Below, in pieces: positions 49,329 through 63,521 of a stretch of 64,000 bases of DNA. Position numbers and translations under genes: made by a program. The notes beneath the pieces are model-generated. The model saw only the letters and a program-made list of their open reading frames with translations. It was not told the origin of the DNA and did no database searches. Position 1 is the stretch's first letter. Every line of letters starts with the position of its first letter. The stretch comes from Pristiophorus japonicus (Eukaryota): the NCBI RefSeq assembly GCF_044704955.1, contig NC_091985.1:194866001-194930000 (forward strand), given 5' to 3'.

Positions 49329-51640
49329 CAGGAGAACTGCGGAAATGAAGAACTAGAGAACAGAAGAACTGAAGAACTACAGAACTAGAGAACTGCAAAA
49401 CTAGAGAATTGCAGAACTAGAGAACTGCAGAACTAGAGAAATGCAGAACTAGAGAAATGCAGAACTAGAGAAATGCAGAACTAGAGAAATGCAGAACTAG
49501 AGAAATGCAGAACTAGAGAAATGCAGAACTAGAGAAATGCAGAACTAGAGAAATGCAGAACTAGAGAAATGCAGAACTAGAGAAATGCAGAACTAGAGAA
49601 ATGCAGAACTAGAGAAATACTTAACAGAAGAACTAGTGAACTACAGAACTAGAGAACTGCAGAAATAGAGAAACAGAGAAAATAAGATTTAGATGACTGC
49701 TGAACTCGTAAACAACAGAACTAGAGAATTGCAGAAATAGAGAATTGAAGGACCAGAGAAGCAGAACCACAGATGTGCAGAAATTTGGAATTGCATAACT
49801 AGAGATCTGCACAACTCACAAAGCTGAGAACTGGGGAACTGCAGAACACTTGAACTAGAGAAGTAAAGAATTGAGTTCTACAGAACGACAGATCTGGAGA
49901 CAGGCAGATCTCAACAACTCAGAAGTAAAGAACTGCTGATCGAGAGAAAAATAGAATTAGTGTTCTACAGAACGATATAGCTGCAGAACTAGAGAACTAC
50001 GGAACTAAAGAACTGCAGAACTAGAGATCTACGGAATAAGAGGTTTACAGAATTGAGAACTACAGAACTGGAGAACTACACAATTAGAGCACTGCAGGAC
50101 TATAGACCTGCACAACCAGAGAACTACAGAACTAGACATCTAGACAACTAGCTAACTGCAGTTCTGCAGATCCAGTTAACTATAGAACTGACTCACTAGA
50201 GGTCTATAGAACTAGGAAAATAGAAACCCAGAGAATAACAGACGAACAGAACGAGAGAATTCCTGATCAAAAGAACTGCAGAACAAGAGAACTGCAGTAT
50301 TAGAGAAATAGAAAAAATAGATATAGTTCACAGCAGAACAAGAGAACTGCAGATATGGAGAAATAGAAAAAATTCATATAACTCACTGCAGAACAAGAGA
50401 ACTGCAGAACAAGAGAAATGTAGAACAAGAGAACTGCAGAACAAGAAAATTGCAGAACCACACATGGGCAGTACTGTAGAATTGTAGAACTAGAGAACTG
50501 CATTACCACAGAATTAGAGAGCAACAGAACTGCAGAATTAGAGAAGTAGAGAGCTTGAGAGCTGCAATTGGAGAACTAGAAAATTGCAGAACTGAAGAAC
50601 TACAGAACAAGAGAACTGAAGAACAAGAGGAAGGCAGAATTGGAGAACTGAAGAATAAGAGAAGTACAGAACGAGACAACTGAAGATCTCAAAATCTACA
50701 TAACGAGAGAGCTACAGAACTGAAGAAGAGAACTGCAGAAATGAAGAAATAGAGAACTTGAGAACTGAAGAACTATAGAACTGAAAAACTAGAGAACTGC
50801 AGTACTAGAGAACTGAAGAACTAGAGAACTGAAGAACTAGAGAACTACAGAACTAGAGAACTGAAGAACTAGAGAACTACAGAACTAGAGAACTACAGAA
50901 CTAGAGAACTACAGAACTAGAGAACTACAGAACTAGAGAACTACAGAACTAGAGAACTAGAGAACTAGAGAACTGAAGAACTAGAGAACTGAAGAACTAG
51001 AGAACTGAAGAACTAGAGAACTGAAGAACTAGAGAACTGAAGAACTAGAGAACTGCAGAACTAGAGAACTGCAGAACTAGAGAACTGCAGAACTAGAGAA
51101 CTGCAGAACTAGAGAACTGCAGAACTAGAGAACTGCAGAACTAGAGAACTGCAGAACTAGAGAACTGCAGAACTAGAGAACTGCAGAACTAGAGAACTGC
51201 AGAACTAGAGAACTGTAGAACTAGAGAACTGAAGAACAAGAGAAATGAAGAACTAGAGAACTACAGAACTAGAGAACTGAAGAACTAGAGAACTGAAGAA
51301 CTAGAGAACTGCAGAACTGCAGGACTAGAGAACTGCAGAACTAGAGAACTGAAGAACAAGAGAACTGAAGAACAAGAGAACTGAAGAATACAAGAACTGC
51401 AGAACTAGAGAACTGAATAACTACAGAACTGAAGAACTAGAGAAATTTAGAACTAGATAATTGCAGAACTAGAGAACTAGAGAATGAGATAATTGAAGAA
51501 CTAGAGAACTACAGAACTGGAGAACTGCAGAACTACAGAACTACAGAACTAGAGAACTGAGGAACTACAGAACCGAAGAAATAGAGAACAGAAAACTAGT
51601 GAACTGCAGAACTGGAGAACTGCAGAACTGGAGAACTACA
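49329..51640 (+). repeat. Satellite, including (AGAACTAGAGAAATGC)n at ~49430-49615 and successive AC/GA/GC 16-mer blocks at ~50800-51220
   Basis: Direct reading. Confidence 0.93.
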
Positions 51641-51730
51641 TAGAAACATACAAAATAGGTGCAGGAGTAGGCCATTCAGCCCTTCGAGCCTGCACTGCCA
51701 TTCAATGAGTTCATGGCTGAACATTCAACT

Positions 51731-54388
51731 TCAGTACCCGATTCCTGGTTTCTCGCCATGCCCCTTGATCCTCCTAGTATTAAGGACTACATCGAAGTCA
51801 TTTTTGAATATATTTAGTGAATTGGCCTCAGCAACTTTCTGTGGTAGAGAATTCCACAGGTTCACCACTCTCTGGGTGAAGAAGTTTCTCCTCATCTCGG
51901 TCCTAAATGGCTTACCCCTTATCCTTAGACTGTGTTCCCTGATTCTGGACTTCTCCAACATTGGGAACATTCTTCCTGCATCTAACCTGTCTAAACCCGT
52001 CAGAATATTAAATATTTCTATGAGATCCCATCTCATTCTCCTGAACTCCAGTGAATACAAGCCCAGTTGATCCAGTCTTTCTTGATAGGTCAGTCCCGCC
52101 ATCCCGGGAATCAGTCTGGTGAACCTTCGCTTCACTCCCTCAATAGCAAGAATGTCCTTCCTCAAGTTAGGAGACCAAAACTGTACGCAATACTCCAGGT
52201 GTGGCCTCACCAAGGCCCTGTATAACTGTAGTAACACATCCCTGCCCCTGTACTCAAATGGACTCCTTTTTGAAGGCGAACATGCCATTTGCTTTCTTAA
52301 CCACCTGCTGTACCTGCATGCCAACCTTCAATGACAGATGTACCATGAAACCCAGGTCTCGTTGCACCTCCTCTTATCCTAATCTGTCACCATTCAGATA
52401 ATAGTCTATCTCTCTGTTTTTACCATCAAAGTGGATAACCTCACATTTATCCACATTATACTTCATCTGCCATGCATTTGCCTACTCACCTAACCTATCC
52501 AAGTCACTCTGCAGCCTCATAGCATACTCCTCACAGCTCACACTGCCACCCAACTTAGTGTCATCCGCAAATTTGGAGATACTACATTTAATCCCCTCAT
52601 CTAAATCATTAATGTACAATGTAAGCAGCTGGGGCCCCAGCACAGAACCTTGCGGTACCCCACTAGTCACTGCCTGCCATTCTGAAAAGTACCCATTTAC
52701 TCCTACTCTTTGCTTCCTGTCTGCCAACCAGTTCTCAATCCACATCAGCACAGTACCCCCAATCCCATGTGCTTTAACTTTGCACAGTAATCTCTTGTGT
52801 GGGACCTTGTCGAAAGCCTTCTGAAAGTCCAAATACACCACATCAAATGGTTCTCTCTTGAACACTCTGCTGGAAACATCCTCAAAAAATTTCAAAAGAC
52901 TTGTAACGCATGATTTCCCTTTCACAAATCCTTGCTGACTTGGCCCTATCATGTCACCTCTTTCCAAATCCGCTGCTATGATAACCTTGATAATTGATTC
53001 CATCATTTTACCCACTACCGATGTCAGGCTGAGCGGTCTATAATTCCCTGTGTTCTCTCTCCCTCATTTTTTAAAACGTGGGATTACATTGGCTACTCCA
53101 TAGGAACTGATCCAGAGTCTATGGAATGTTGGAAAATGACTGTTAATGCATCCGCTATTTCCAAGACCACCTCCTTAAGTACTCTGGGATGCTGTCCATC
53201 AGGCCCTGGGGATTTATCGGCCTTCAATCCCATCAATTTCCCCAAAACAATTTCCCGACCAATAAGGATTCCCCTCAGTTCCTCCTTCTTACCAGACCAT
53301 CTGACCCCTTTTATATCCGGAAAGTTGTTTGTGTTCTCCTTCGTGAATACCGAACCAAAGTACTTGTTCAATTGGTTTGCCATTTCTTTCTTCCCCATTA
53401 TGACTTCCCCTGATTCTGACTGCAGGGGACCTACGTTTGTCTTTACTAACCTTTTTCTCTTTACATATCTATAGAAGCTTTTGCAGTCCGTCTTAATGTT
53501 CCCTGCAAGCTTCCTCTCGTACTCTATTTTCCCTGCCCTAATCAAATCCTTTGTCCTCCTCTGCTCAGTTCTAAATTTCTTCCAGACCCGGATTCGCTGC
53601 TATTTCTGGCCAGTTTTTATGCCACTTCCTTTGCTTTAATACTATCCCTGATTTCCCTTGACAGCCACGGTTGAGCCACCTTCCCTTTTGTATTTTTACG
53701 CCAGACAGGAATGTACAATTGTTGTAGTTCATCCATGTGGTCTCTAAATGTCTGCCATTGCCCATCCACAGTCAACCCCTTAAGTATCATTAGCCAATCT
53801 ATCCTAGCCAATTCACGCCTCATACCTTCAAAGTTACCCTTCTTTAAGCTCTGGACCATGGTCTCTGAATTAACTGTTTCATTCTCCATCCTAATGTAGA
53901 ATTCCACCATATTATGGTCACTCTTCCCCAAGGGGCCTCGCACAATGAGATTGCTAATTAATCCGCTCTCATTGCATAACACCCAGTATAAGATGGCCTC
54001 CCCCCTAGTTGCTTCCTCGGTTTATAGGTCTCGAAAACCATCCCTTATGCACTCCAGGAAATCCTCCTCCACCGTATTGTTTCCAGTTTGGTTAGACAAT
54101 CTATATGCATATTAAACTCACCCTTGATAACTGTTGCACCTTTATTGCATGCACCCCTAATTTCCTGTTTCATGCCCTCCCAACATCACTACTACTGTTT
54201 GGAGGTCTGTACACAACTCCCACTAACGTTTTTTGCCCTTTGGTGTTCTGCAGCTCTACCCATATAGATTTCACATCATCCAAGCTAATGTCCTTCCTAA
54301 CTATTGCATTAATCTCCTCTTTATCCAGCAATGCTACCCCACCTCCATTTCCTTTTATTCTATCCTTCCTGAATGTTGAAAACACTTG
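51731..54388 (-). pseudogene. CR1 ORF2 (endonuclease-reverse transcriptase), disrupted
   Basis: Motifs [78 protein letters not shown] across several frameshifted ORFs. Confidence 0.95.
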
Positions 54389-54788
54389 GAGCAATCCAGA
54401 GATTACTAACTTTGAGGTCCTACTTTTAATTTAACATGTAGCTCCGTAAATTCAGCTTGTTGGACCTCTTCCCGCTTCACACCTATATCGTTGGTAGCTA
54501 AATGTACCACGAGAACTGGCTGTTCACCTTCCCTCTCCAGAATGCTCTGCTGCTGCTCCAAGACATCCTTGACCCTTGCACCAGGGAGGCAACATGACAT
54601 CCTGGAGTCTCGGTTGCGGCCGCAGTAATTCTTATCTATTCCCCTTACAATAGTTCCCCTATCACTAAAGCTCACCCATACTTTTTCCCACCCTTCTGTG
54701 CAGCACAGCCATCAATGGTGCCATGAATCTGGCTGCTGGTGACTTCCGCTGATAAGCCATCTCCACCAACAGTATGCAAAACGGTATA
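54389..54788 (-). pseudogene. CR1 ORF1 fragment, SGNH/GDSL esterase-like domain
   Basis: Frameshifted VIG(DS)IVRG block, CLPGARVKDV, VVHLATND (GTND block), TSKLVISGLL. Esterase-bearing ORF1 is known in CR1-clade LINEs. Confidence 0.85.
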
Positions 54789-57700
54789 CAGAACTAGAGA
54801 ACTACAGACCTAGAGAACTGAAGACATACTCAACAGAAGAACTAGTGAACTACAGAACTAGCGAACTGCAAAACTAGAGAAACTGAGAAAATAAGATTTA
54901 GATGGCTTCAGAACTAGGGAACTACAGAACTAGGGAATAGCAGATATAGAGAATTGGAGGACTAAAGAAGCAGAACCACAGATCTGCAGAAAAATAGAAC
55001 TGTAGAAAGATCTGCACAAATCGCGAACCTGAGAACTGGGGAACTGCAGAACTAAAGAAGTAGCGAACGAGAGAACTGCAGAACTAGAGAACTGGAAAAC
55101 TGGAGAATAAGCTAACTAGAGAATTAGAGAGTGGCAGAACTAGAGAACTGCAGATTTAGAGAATAAGAGAAGTACAGGACGACAGAACTACAGGACAACA
55201 TAACTCGAGAACTGCAGAATTAGAGACCTACAGGTAGAGAACTGCAGAATTTGTGAACTACAGAATTAGAGAACTGCAGAACTAAAGAATTGCAGAACTA
55301 AAGAAATGCAGAAACATATAAATAGATTGCCGGATTACATCAGAACTCAATAAATAGATAACTAGGGAAACAGAGAACCACAGAACTCGAGAACTGGAGA
55401 ACAACTGAATTAGAGTAAACTGATCTACAGAACTACAGATTTAGACAATTGCAGATGTAGCGAAAAACAGAATTAGAGAACTGCAGAAGTAAATAACTAG
55501 AGAATTAGTTAACTGCAGAAATGTAGGTGCAGTTAAGTAATAAACTGTAGAACTCAAGATCAAGACAACTAGAAAACTAGAGATCTGCAGAAATACAGAA
55601 CTAAGAGATGGTAACTGTTGATCTGGAGAAATATACTTCCAGAGAATTGCAAAATTATAGAAATGCAGAACTGCATATTTGGAGATGTAACAAAATGGAA
55701 AAGTGCACAGTTAGAAAACTAAAGACCTATAGTACTGCAGAACTGCAGAATTGTAGAAATAGTGAATTGGATAACTGCAGAACTAGGGAACTGTTGAACT
55801 GCAGAGCAGCAGAAACATGGAACTACAGAAGTAGAGAACTGCTGAATAAGTGAATTAGTGAACTAGAGAACTGCAGAATTGTGAAATGCGGAAGAGGAAA
55901 AATAGAAAACTACAGAATTAGAGAACTGCAGAACTAGAGAACTGCAGAACTAGAGAACTAATGAACTAGAGAACTAATGAACTAGAGAACTACAGAAAAA
56001 TAGAACTACAGATCTAGAGAACTAAAGAACTAGAGAACTACAGAACTTTGAACGAGTGATCCACAGAACTAGAGAGCTACAGAAATATAGAACTACAGAA
56101 ATAGAGAACTACCGAACTAGAGAACTACAGAACTAGAAAACAACAGAAATAGATAACTGCAGAACTATATAACTACAGAACCACAAAACTACAGGAATGA
56201 AGAACTAGAGAACTGAAGAACTGGAGAACTCCAGAACTCCAGAACAGAAGAACTAGAGAACTGGAGAAGCCGAGATCTGCAGAAATGAAGCATGAGAGAA
56301 CTAAAAAACTGGAGAACTACAGTAGTAGAGAATTACAGAACTCGAGAACTGAAGAACTAGAGAACTACAGAACTACAGAACTATAGAACTATAGAACTAT
56401 AGAACTGCAGAACTAGAGAACTGAATAATTGGAAAACAGCAAAATTAGAGAATTAAAGAACTACAGAATGGAAGAAGAAGACAACTGCAAAATTAGAGAA
56501 CTGAAGAAAAAGTGAACTAGAGCTAGAGAACTGCAGATCTAGAGAAAAACAGAATTATAGAACCTCAGAACTAGAGAACAAAAAATTAGGGAAATACAGA
56601 AATAGTGAACTGCAGAAATAGTTGACCAGAGAACCAGTTAAATACAGAACTACAGATCTAGTTAATTACAGAACTGCAGAATTAGAGTTCGAGAACTAGA
56701 AAACTAGAGAACTGCAAAAATACAGAACTAAGAGAGCTGGAGAACTGCATATCTAGAGAACTGAAAACTAGAGAACTGCAGAACTGGAGAACTGAACAAC
56801 TAGAGAATTGAATAACTAGAGAACTGAAGAACAAGAGAACAGCAGAACTGGAGAAATGAAGAAGTAGAGAACTACAGAACAACAGTACTAAGAATTAGAG
56901 AACTGAAGAACAAGAGAACTGCAGAAATGAAGAACTAGAGTACAGAAGAATTGGAGAACTACAGAACTAGAGAACTACAGAACTAGAGAACTGAAGAATT
57001 ACAGAAATGAAGAACTACAGAAATGAAGAACTACAGAAATGAAGAACTACAGAAATGAAGAACTACAGAAATGAAGAACTACAGAAATGAAGAACTACAG
57101 AAATGAAGAACTAGTGAACTGCTGAACGAGATAACTACAGAACTAGAGAACTGAAGAACTAGAGAACTGAAGAATTGGAGAACTGGAGAACTGAAGAAAT
57201 GGAGAACTACAGAACTAGAAAACTGCAGAACTAGAGAACTACAGAACGAGAGAACTGAAGAACTAGAGAACTGAAGAACTAGAGAACTGAAGAAATAGAG
57301 AACTACAGAAATGCAGAACTGGAGAACTACAGAACTAGAGAACTGAAGGACTACAGAACTGAAGAAATAGAGAATATAAGAACTAGTGAACTACAGAACT
57401 AGAGACCTGCAGAACTAGTGAAACAGAGAAATTAAGATTTAAATGACTACAGAATTAGGGAGCAACAGAACTAGAGAAGTGCCGAACTAGAGAATTGAAG
57501 GACTAGAGCTGCAAAACCACAAGTCTGTAAAATTGTAGAACTGTAGAACGAGAGATCTGCACAAATCACGAAGCTGAGAACTGGGGAACTGCTGAACTAA
57601 AGAAGTAGCAAACTAGAGAACTGCAGTACTAGAGAACTGGAGAACTGGAGAATAAGATAATTGGAGAATTAGAGAGCGGCAAAAATAGAGAACTGCAGAT

Positions 57701-60700
57701 TTAGAGAATAAGAGTAGTACAGGACTACAGAACTAGAGAACTACATAATTAGAAACCTGCAGGTAGAGAACTGCAGAATTAGTGAACTACAGAATTAGAG
57801 AACTACAGAATTGGGAACTAATGAACAAGGGAACTACAGAACTAGAGAATTGTAGAAGTCGAGAAATGCAGAACAAGAGCACTAATGAACTAGAGAACTG
57901 AATTACTACAGAACTGAAGAACTGAAGCACTAGAGAATTGCAGATTTAGAGAACTAGAGAACTGAAGAACTGCATAACTGGAGACTAGAGAACTGAGGAA
58001 CTACAGATCTAGTGAAGAGTAGGACTAGTGAACTGAAGAACTAGGGAACATAAGATCTAGAGAACTGAAGAACTAGAGAACTGCAGAATCGGAGGACTGA
58101 AGTACTAGAGAACAACAGGTCTAGACATCTCGGGAAGACTTGAATTAGAGAACTGCAGCCGCAGCTAAATAGAATATTTGAGAAATGGAAAACCACAGAA
58201 TGAGAGAACGAGAGCACCAGAGAACTACAGAACTAGAGAACAGCAACATTAGAGGACTGCAGAACACTTGAACTAGAGAAGTGAAGAACTTGATTTCTAC
58301 AGAACTACAGATCTGGAGACAGGCAGTTCTCAAGAACTCAGAACTAAAGAACTGCAGATCGAGCGAAAAATAGAATTAGTGTTCGACACAACTATATACC
58401 TGCAGAACTAGAGAACTATGGAACAAGAGAATTACAGAATTGAGAACTACAAAACTAGAGAACTACACAATCAGAGCACTGCAGGACTATAGACCTGCAC
58501 AACCAGAGAACTACAGAACTAGACATCTAGAAAACTAGCTAACTGCAGTTCTGCAGATCCAGTTAACTACAGAACTGACTCAGTAGAGGTCTATAGAACT
58601 AGGAAACTAGGAACCCAGAGAACTACAGACCAAGAGAACTAGAGAACTCCTGATCGGGAGAACTGCAGAAAAAGAGAATTGCAGTATTAGAGAAATAGAA
58701 AAAAATAGATTTAGATCACAGCAGAACAAGAGAACTGCAGATATGGAGAAATACAAAAAAATATATAACTCACTGCAAAACAAGAGAACTGCAGAAAAAG
58801 AGAAATGCAGAACAAGAGAATTGCAGAACCACACATGGGCAGTACTGTAGAACGGTAGAGCTAGAGAACTGCACTACTACAGAATAAGAGAGCAACAGAA
58901 CTGAAGAATTAGCGAGTAGAGAGCACAAGAACTGCATAACTGGAGAACTGGAGAACTGCAGAATTAGAGAACTACAGAACTAGTGTATTGCAGAACTAGA
59001 GAACTGAAAAACCAGAGAACTACAGAATTGGAGAAATACCAACCTAGAGAACTGCAAAACTACAGAATTGGAGAAATACCGAACTAGAGAACTGCAGAAC
59101 TATAGAACTAGAGAACTGCAGAACTACAGAACTGAAGAAGTAGAGAACTACAGAACTAGAGAATTGCAGAACTAGAGAACTGAAGAACTAGAGAACTGAA
59201 GAACTAGAGAACTGAAGAACTAGAGAACTGAAGAACTAGAGAACTGAAGAAGAGAACTAGGGAACTACAGAACTAGAGAATTGAAGAACTAGAGAACTGC
59301 AGAAATAGAGAAATGAAGAACCAGAGAATTTAAGAATTAGAAAAGTACAGAACTAGAGAACTGCAGAAGTAGAGAATGACAGAACTAGAGAACTGAAGAA
59401 CTAGAGAACTGAAGAATTAGAGAAGTACAGAAATAGAGAACTGAATAACTGAAGAACTGAAGAACTACAGAACTAGAGAACTGCAGAACTAGAAAACTAC
59501 AGAACGAAATAACTGAAGAGCTACAGAACTGAAGAACAAGTGAACTACATAAATAGAGAATTGCAGACTAGAGAATTGACGGACTAGAGAAGCAGAACCA
59601 GAGATCTGCAGCAATATGGAACTGTAGAACTAGAGATCTGCACAATTCAGGAAATTGAGAACGAGGGAACTGCAGAAATAAAGAAGTGGCGAATTAGAGA
59701 ACTGTGGAACTAGAGAGCTGAAGAATAAGATAACTATAGAATTAGAGAATGGCAGAACTAGAGAACTGTAGATTTAATGAATAAGAGAAGTGCAGGCCTA
59801 CAGAACTGCAGGACAACACAACTGGATAACTGCAGAATTAGAGACCTACAGGTAGAGAACTGCAGAATTTGTCAATTGCAAAATTAGAAAACTACAGATT
59901 GAGAGAATTGCAGAACCAAAGAAATGCAGAAACAGAAAAAAATAGAGTACCAGATTACAACAGAACTCAATACCTAGATAACTAGAGAATCAGAGAACTA
60001 CAGAACAAGAGAGCTGGAGAACAACTGAATTAGAGTAAACAGATCTACAGAACTACAGATTTAGAGAATTGCAGATAGAGCGAAAAACAGAATTAGAGAA
60101 CTGCAGAAGTAGATAACTAGAGTACTAGTTAACTACAGAACTACAGATCTAGTTAATTACAGAACTGCAGAATTAGAGTTCGAGAACTAGAAAACTAGAG
60201 ATCTGCAAAAATACAGAACTAATAGAGCTGGAGAACTGCATATCTAGAGAACTGAAAACTAGAGAACTGCAGAACTGGAGAACTGAACAACTAGAGAAAT
60301 GCAGAATAGTGAACTAAAGAACCAGAGAACTACAGAACTAGAGAACTGAACAAATAGAGAATTAAATAACTAGAGAACTGAAGAACAAGAGAACTAGGGA
60401 ACTACAGAACTAGAGAACTGAATAACTAGAGAATTGAAGAACTAGAGAATTGAAGAACTAGAGAACTGCAGAAATAGAGAAATGAAGAACCAGAGAGTTT
60501 AAGAATTAGAAAAGTACAGAACTAGAGAACTGCAGAAGTAGAGAATGACAGAACTGGAGAACTGAAGAACTAGAGAACTGCAGAAATAGAGAAATGAAGA
60601 ACCAGAGAGTTTAAGAATTAGAAAAGTACAGAACTAGAGAACTGCAGAAGTAGAGAATGACAGAACTGGAGAACTGAAGAACTAGAGAACTGAAGAATTA

Positions 60701-63521
60701 GAAAAGTACAGAAATAGAGAACTGAATAACTGAAGAACTGAAGAACTAGAGAACTACAGAACTAGAGAACTGCAGAACTGGAAAACTACAGAACGAAAGA
60801 ACTGAAGAGCTACATAACTGAAGAACAAGTGAACTACAGAAATAGAGAATTGCAGACTAGAGAATTGACGGACTAGAGAAGCAGAACCAGAGATCTGCAG
60901 CAATATGGAACTGTAGAACTAGAGATCTGCACAATTCAGGAAACTGAGAACTAGGGAACTGCAGAAATAAAGAAGTAGCGAATTAGAGAACTGTGGAACT
61001 AGAGAGCTGAAGAATAGGATAACTAGAGAATTAGAGAATGGCAGAACTAGAGAACTGTAGATTTAATGAATAAGAGAAGTGCAGGCCTACAGAACTGCAG
61101 GACAACACAACTGGAGAACTGCAGAATTAGAGACCTACAGGTAGAGAACTGCAGAATTTGTCAATTGCAGAATTAGAGAACTACAGATCGAGAGAATTGC
61201 AGAACTAGAGAAATGCAGAAACAGAAAAAAACAGAGTACCAGATTACAACAGAACTCAATACCTAGATAACTAGAGAATCAGAGAACTACAGAACGAGAG
61301 AGCTGGAGAACAACTGAATTAGAGTAAACAGATCTAGAGAACTACAGATTTAGAGAATTGCCGATATAGCGAAAAACAGAATTAGAGAACTGCGGAAGGA
61401 AATAACTAGAGAACTAGTTAACTGCAGAACTGTAGGTCCAGTTAATTACAGAACTGCATAACTAGAGATCTAGAGAACGAGAAAACTAGAGATCTGCAGA
61501 AATACAAAACTAATAGAGCTGGGGAACAGCTGATCTGGAGAAATACACTTAATTGATGATCTAATGAAATGGAAAACTGCACAGTTAGAAAACTAACGAC
61601 CTAGAGTTCTGCAGCACTGCAGAATTGGAGAAATAGGGAACTAGCTAACTGCAGAACTAGGGAATTGTCGAACTGCAGAGCAGCAGAACCATAGAACTGC
61701 AGAAGTAGAGATCTGCCGAATAAGAGAATTAGCAAACTAGAGAACTACAGAATTGTGAAAGACAGAAGAGGAAAAATTGAGAACTACAGAATTAGAGAAC
61801 TGCGGAACTAGAGAACTAATGAACTAGAGCAGTACAGAACTAGAGAACTGTACAACTGAACCACTAGAGAATTGCAGAGTTATAGAACTAGAGAACCAAA
61901 AATCTGCATATCTGGAGAACGAGAGAACTGAAGAACTACAGATCTTGTGAACAGTAGTACTAGTGAAATGAAGAACTAGAGAACTGCAGAACTAGAGGAC
62001 TGAAGTACTAGAGAACAAAAGAAACAGAGATCTAGGGAACAGATGAATTAGAGAACTGCAACTGCAGATAAATAGAATATTTTAGACATGGAAAACCCAC
62101 AGAATGAGAACCAGAGAACCAGAGAACTACAGAACTAGAGAACTACAGAAATGCAGATCTAGAGAAGTGAAGAACTAGAGAATGGAAGAACTGGAGAACT
62201 ACAGAACTAGTGAACTGAAGAACTAGGGAACTGAAGAACTAGAGAACTAAAGAACTAAAGAACTACAGAACTAGTGAACTGAAGAACTAGAGAACTGAAG
62301 AACTAGAGAACTAAAGAACTAGAGAACTACAGAAATAGATAACTGAAGAACTAGAGAACTGCAGAAATGAAGAACAAGAGAACTGAAGAACGGGAGAACA
62401 AAAGAACTAGAGAACTGCAGAACTAGAGAGCTGCAGAACTAGAGAGCTGCAGAACTAGAGAGCTGCAGAACTGCGAGAACTACAGAAATAGAGAACTGCA
62501 GAACTCGAGAACAGCAACATTAAAGGAATGCAGAACGCTTGAACTAGAGAAGTGAAGATCTTGATTTCCACAGAACTACAGGTATGGACACATGAAGATC
62601 TCGAGAACTAAAGAACTGCAGATCTATAGAAAAACAGAACTAGTGATGTACAGAAATATATAGCTGCAGAACTAGAGAACTACTGAAATTGAGAACTGCA
62701 GAACTATAGAACTGCAGATCTAGAGAACTGAAGAACTAGAGAAATTCAGAACTAGAGAACTGCAGAAATAGTGAACTACAGAACTAGAGAACTACAGAAA
62801 TAGAGAACTGAAGAACTAGAAAACTGGAGAACGAGAGAACTACAGACATAGAGAACTCGAGAACTGCAGAAATAGAGAATAGAAGAATGAGGGAACTACA
62901 GAACTAGATAACTACAGAACTAGTGACCTGCAGAACTAGAGAATTACAGAAGTGGAGAGAGCTACAGAATGAGAGTAATACAGAATTAGGGAAATACATA
63001 ACTAGAGAACTGCAGAACTAGAGAACTACAGAACTAGAGAACTACAGAACTGGAGAACTGGAGAACTGAAGAACTAGATAACTGCAGAAATAGAGAACTC
63101 AACAAATAGAGAACTGAATAAATAGAGAACTACAGAACTAGAGAACTACAGAACTAGAGAACTATAAAATAGAGAACTACAGAACTGGCGAACTGAAGAA
63201 CTAGATAACTACAGAACTAGAGAACTACAGAAAAAGAGAACTGAAGACCTAGAGAAAAGGAGAACCAAAGAAATGTAGAAATGAAGCAATAGAGAAATGA
63301 AGAACTGGAAAACTATAGAACTCGAGAACTGCAAAAATAGAGAACAGAAGAATGAGGGAACTACAGAACTAGAGAACTGAAGTCCGAGAGAATTGCAGAA
63401 CGCGAGAAATACAGAACTAGAGAACTACAGAAATAGAGAAGTACAGAATAATAGAACTACAGAACTAGAGAACTACAGAAATGAAAATCTAGAGAACTGA
63501 AGAACTAGAGTACGGAAGAAC
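54789..63521 (+). repeat. Diverged higher-order satellite with local duplications (~1.29 kb at ~59.3-61.4 kb; 112 bp at ~60465-60690)
   Basis: Same frame and modules; GAATTGACGGACTAG..GCAGCAATATGG occurs at ~59573 and ~60862. Confidence 0.92.

Larger units (their letters stand above)
51641..54788 (-). mobile_element. CR1-clade LINE, 5'-truncated and internally deleted
   Basis: Minus-strand ORF1 esterase remnant, APE endonuclease and RT fragments, 3' UTR and TTTCTATG-type tail at the left end. Possible TSD CAGAACTRGAGAACTACA (51623-51640 / 54789-54806), ambiguous because the target is satellite. Confidence 0.95.

Noticed and set aside
51705-54434. Plus-strand ORFs over the CR1 and minus-strand ORFs over the Gypsy
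   Set aside because: Antisense shadows of retroelement coding sequence.
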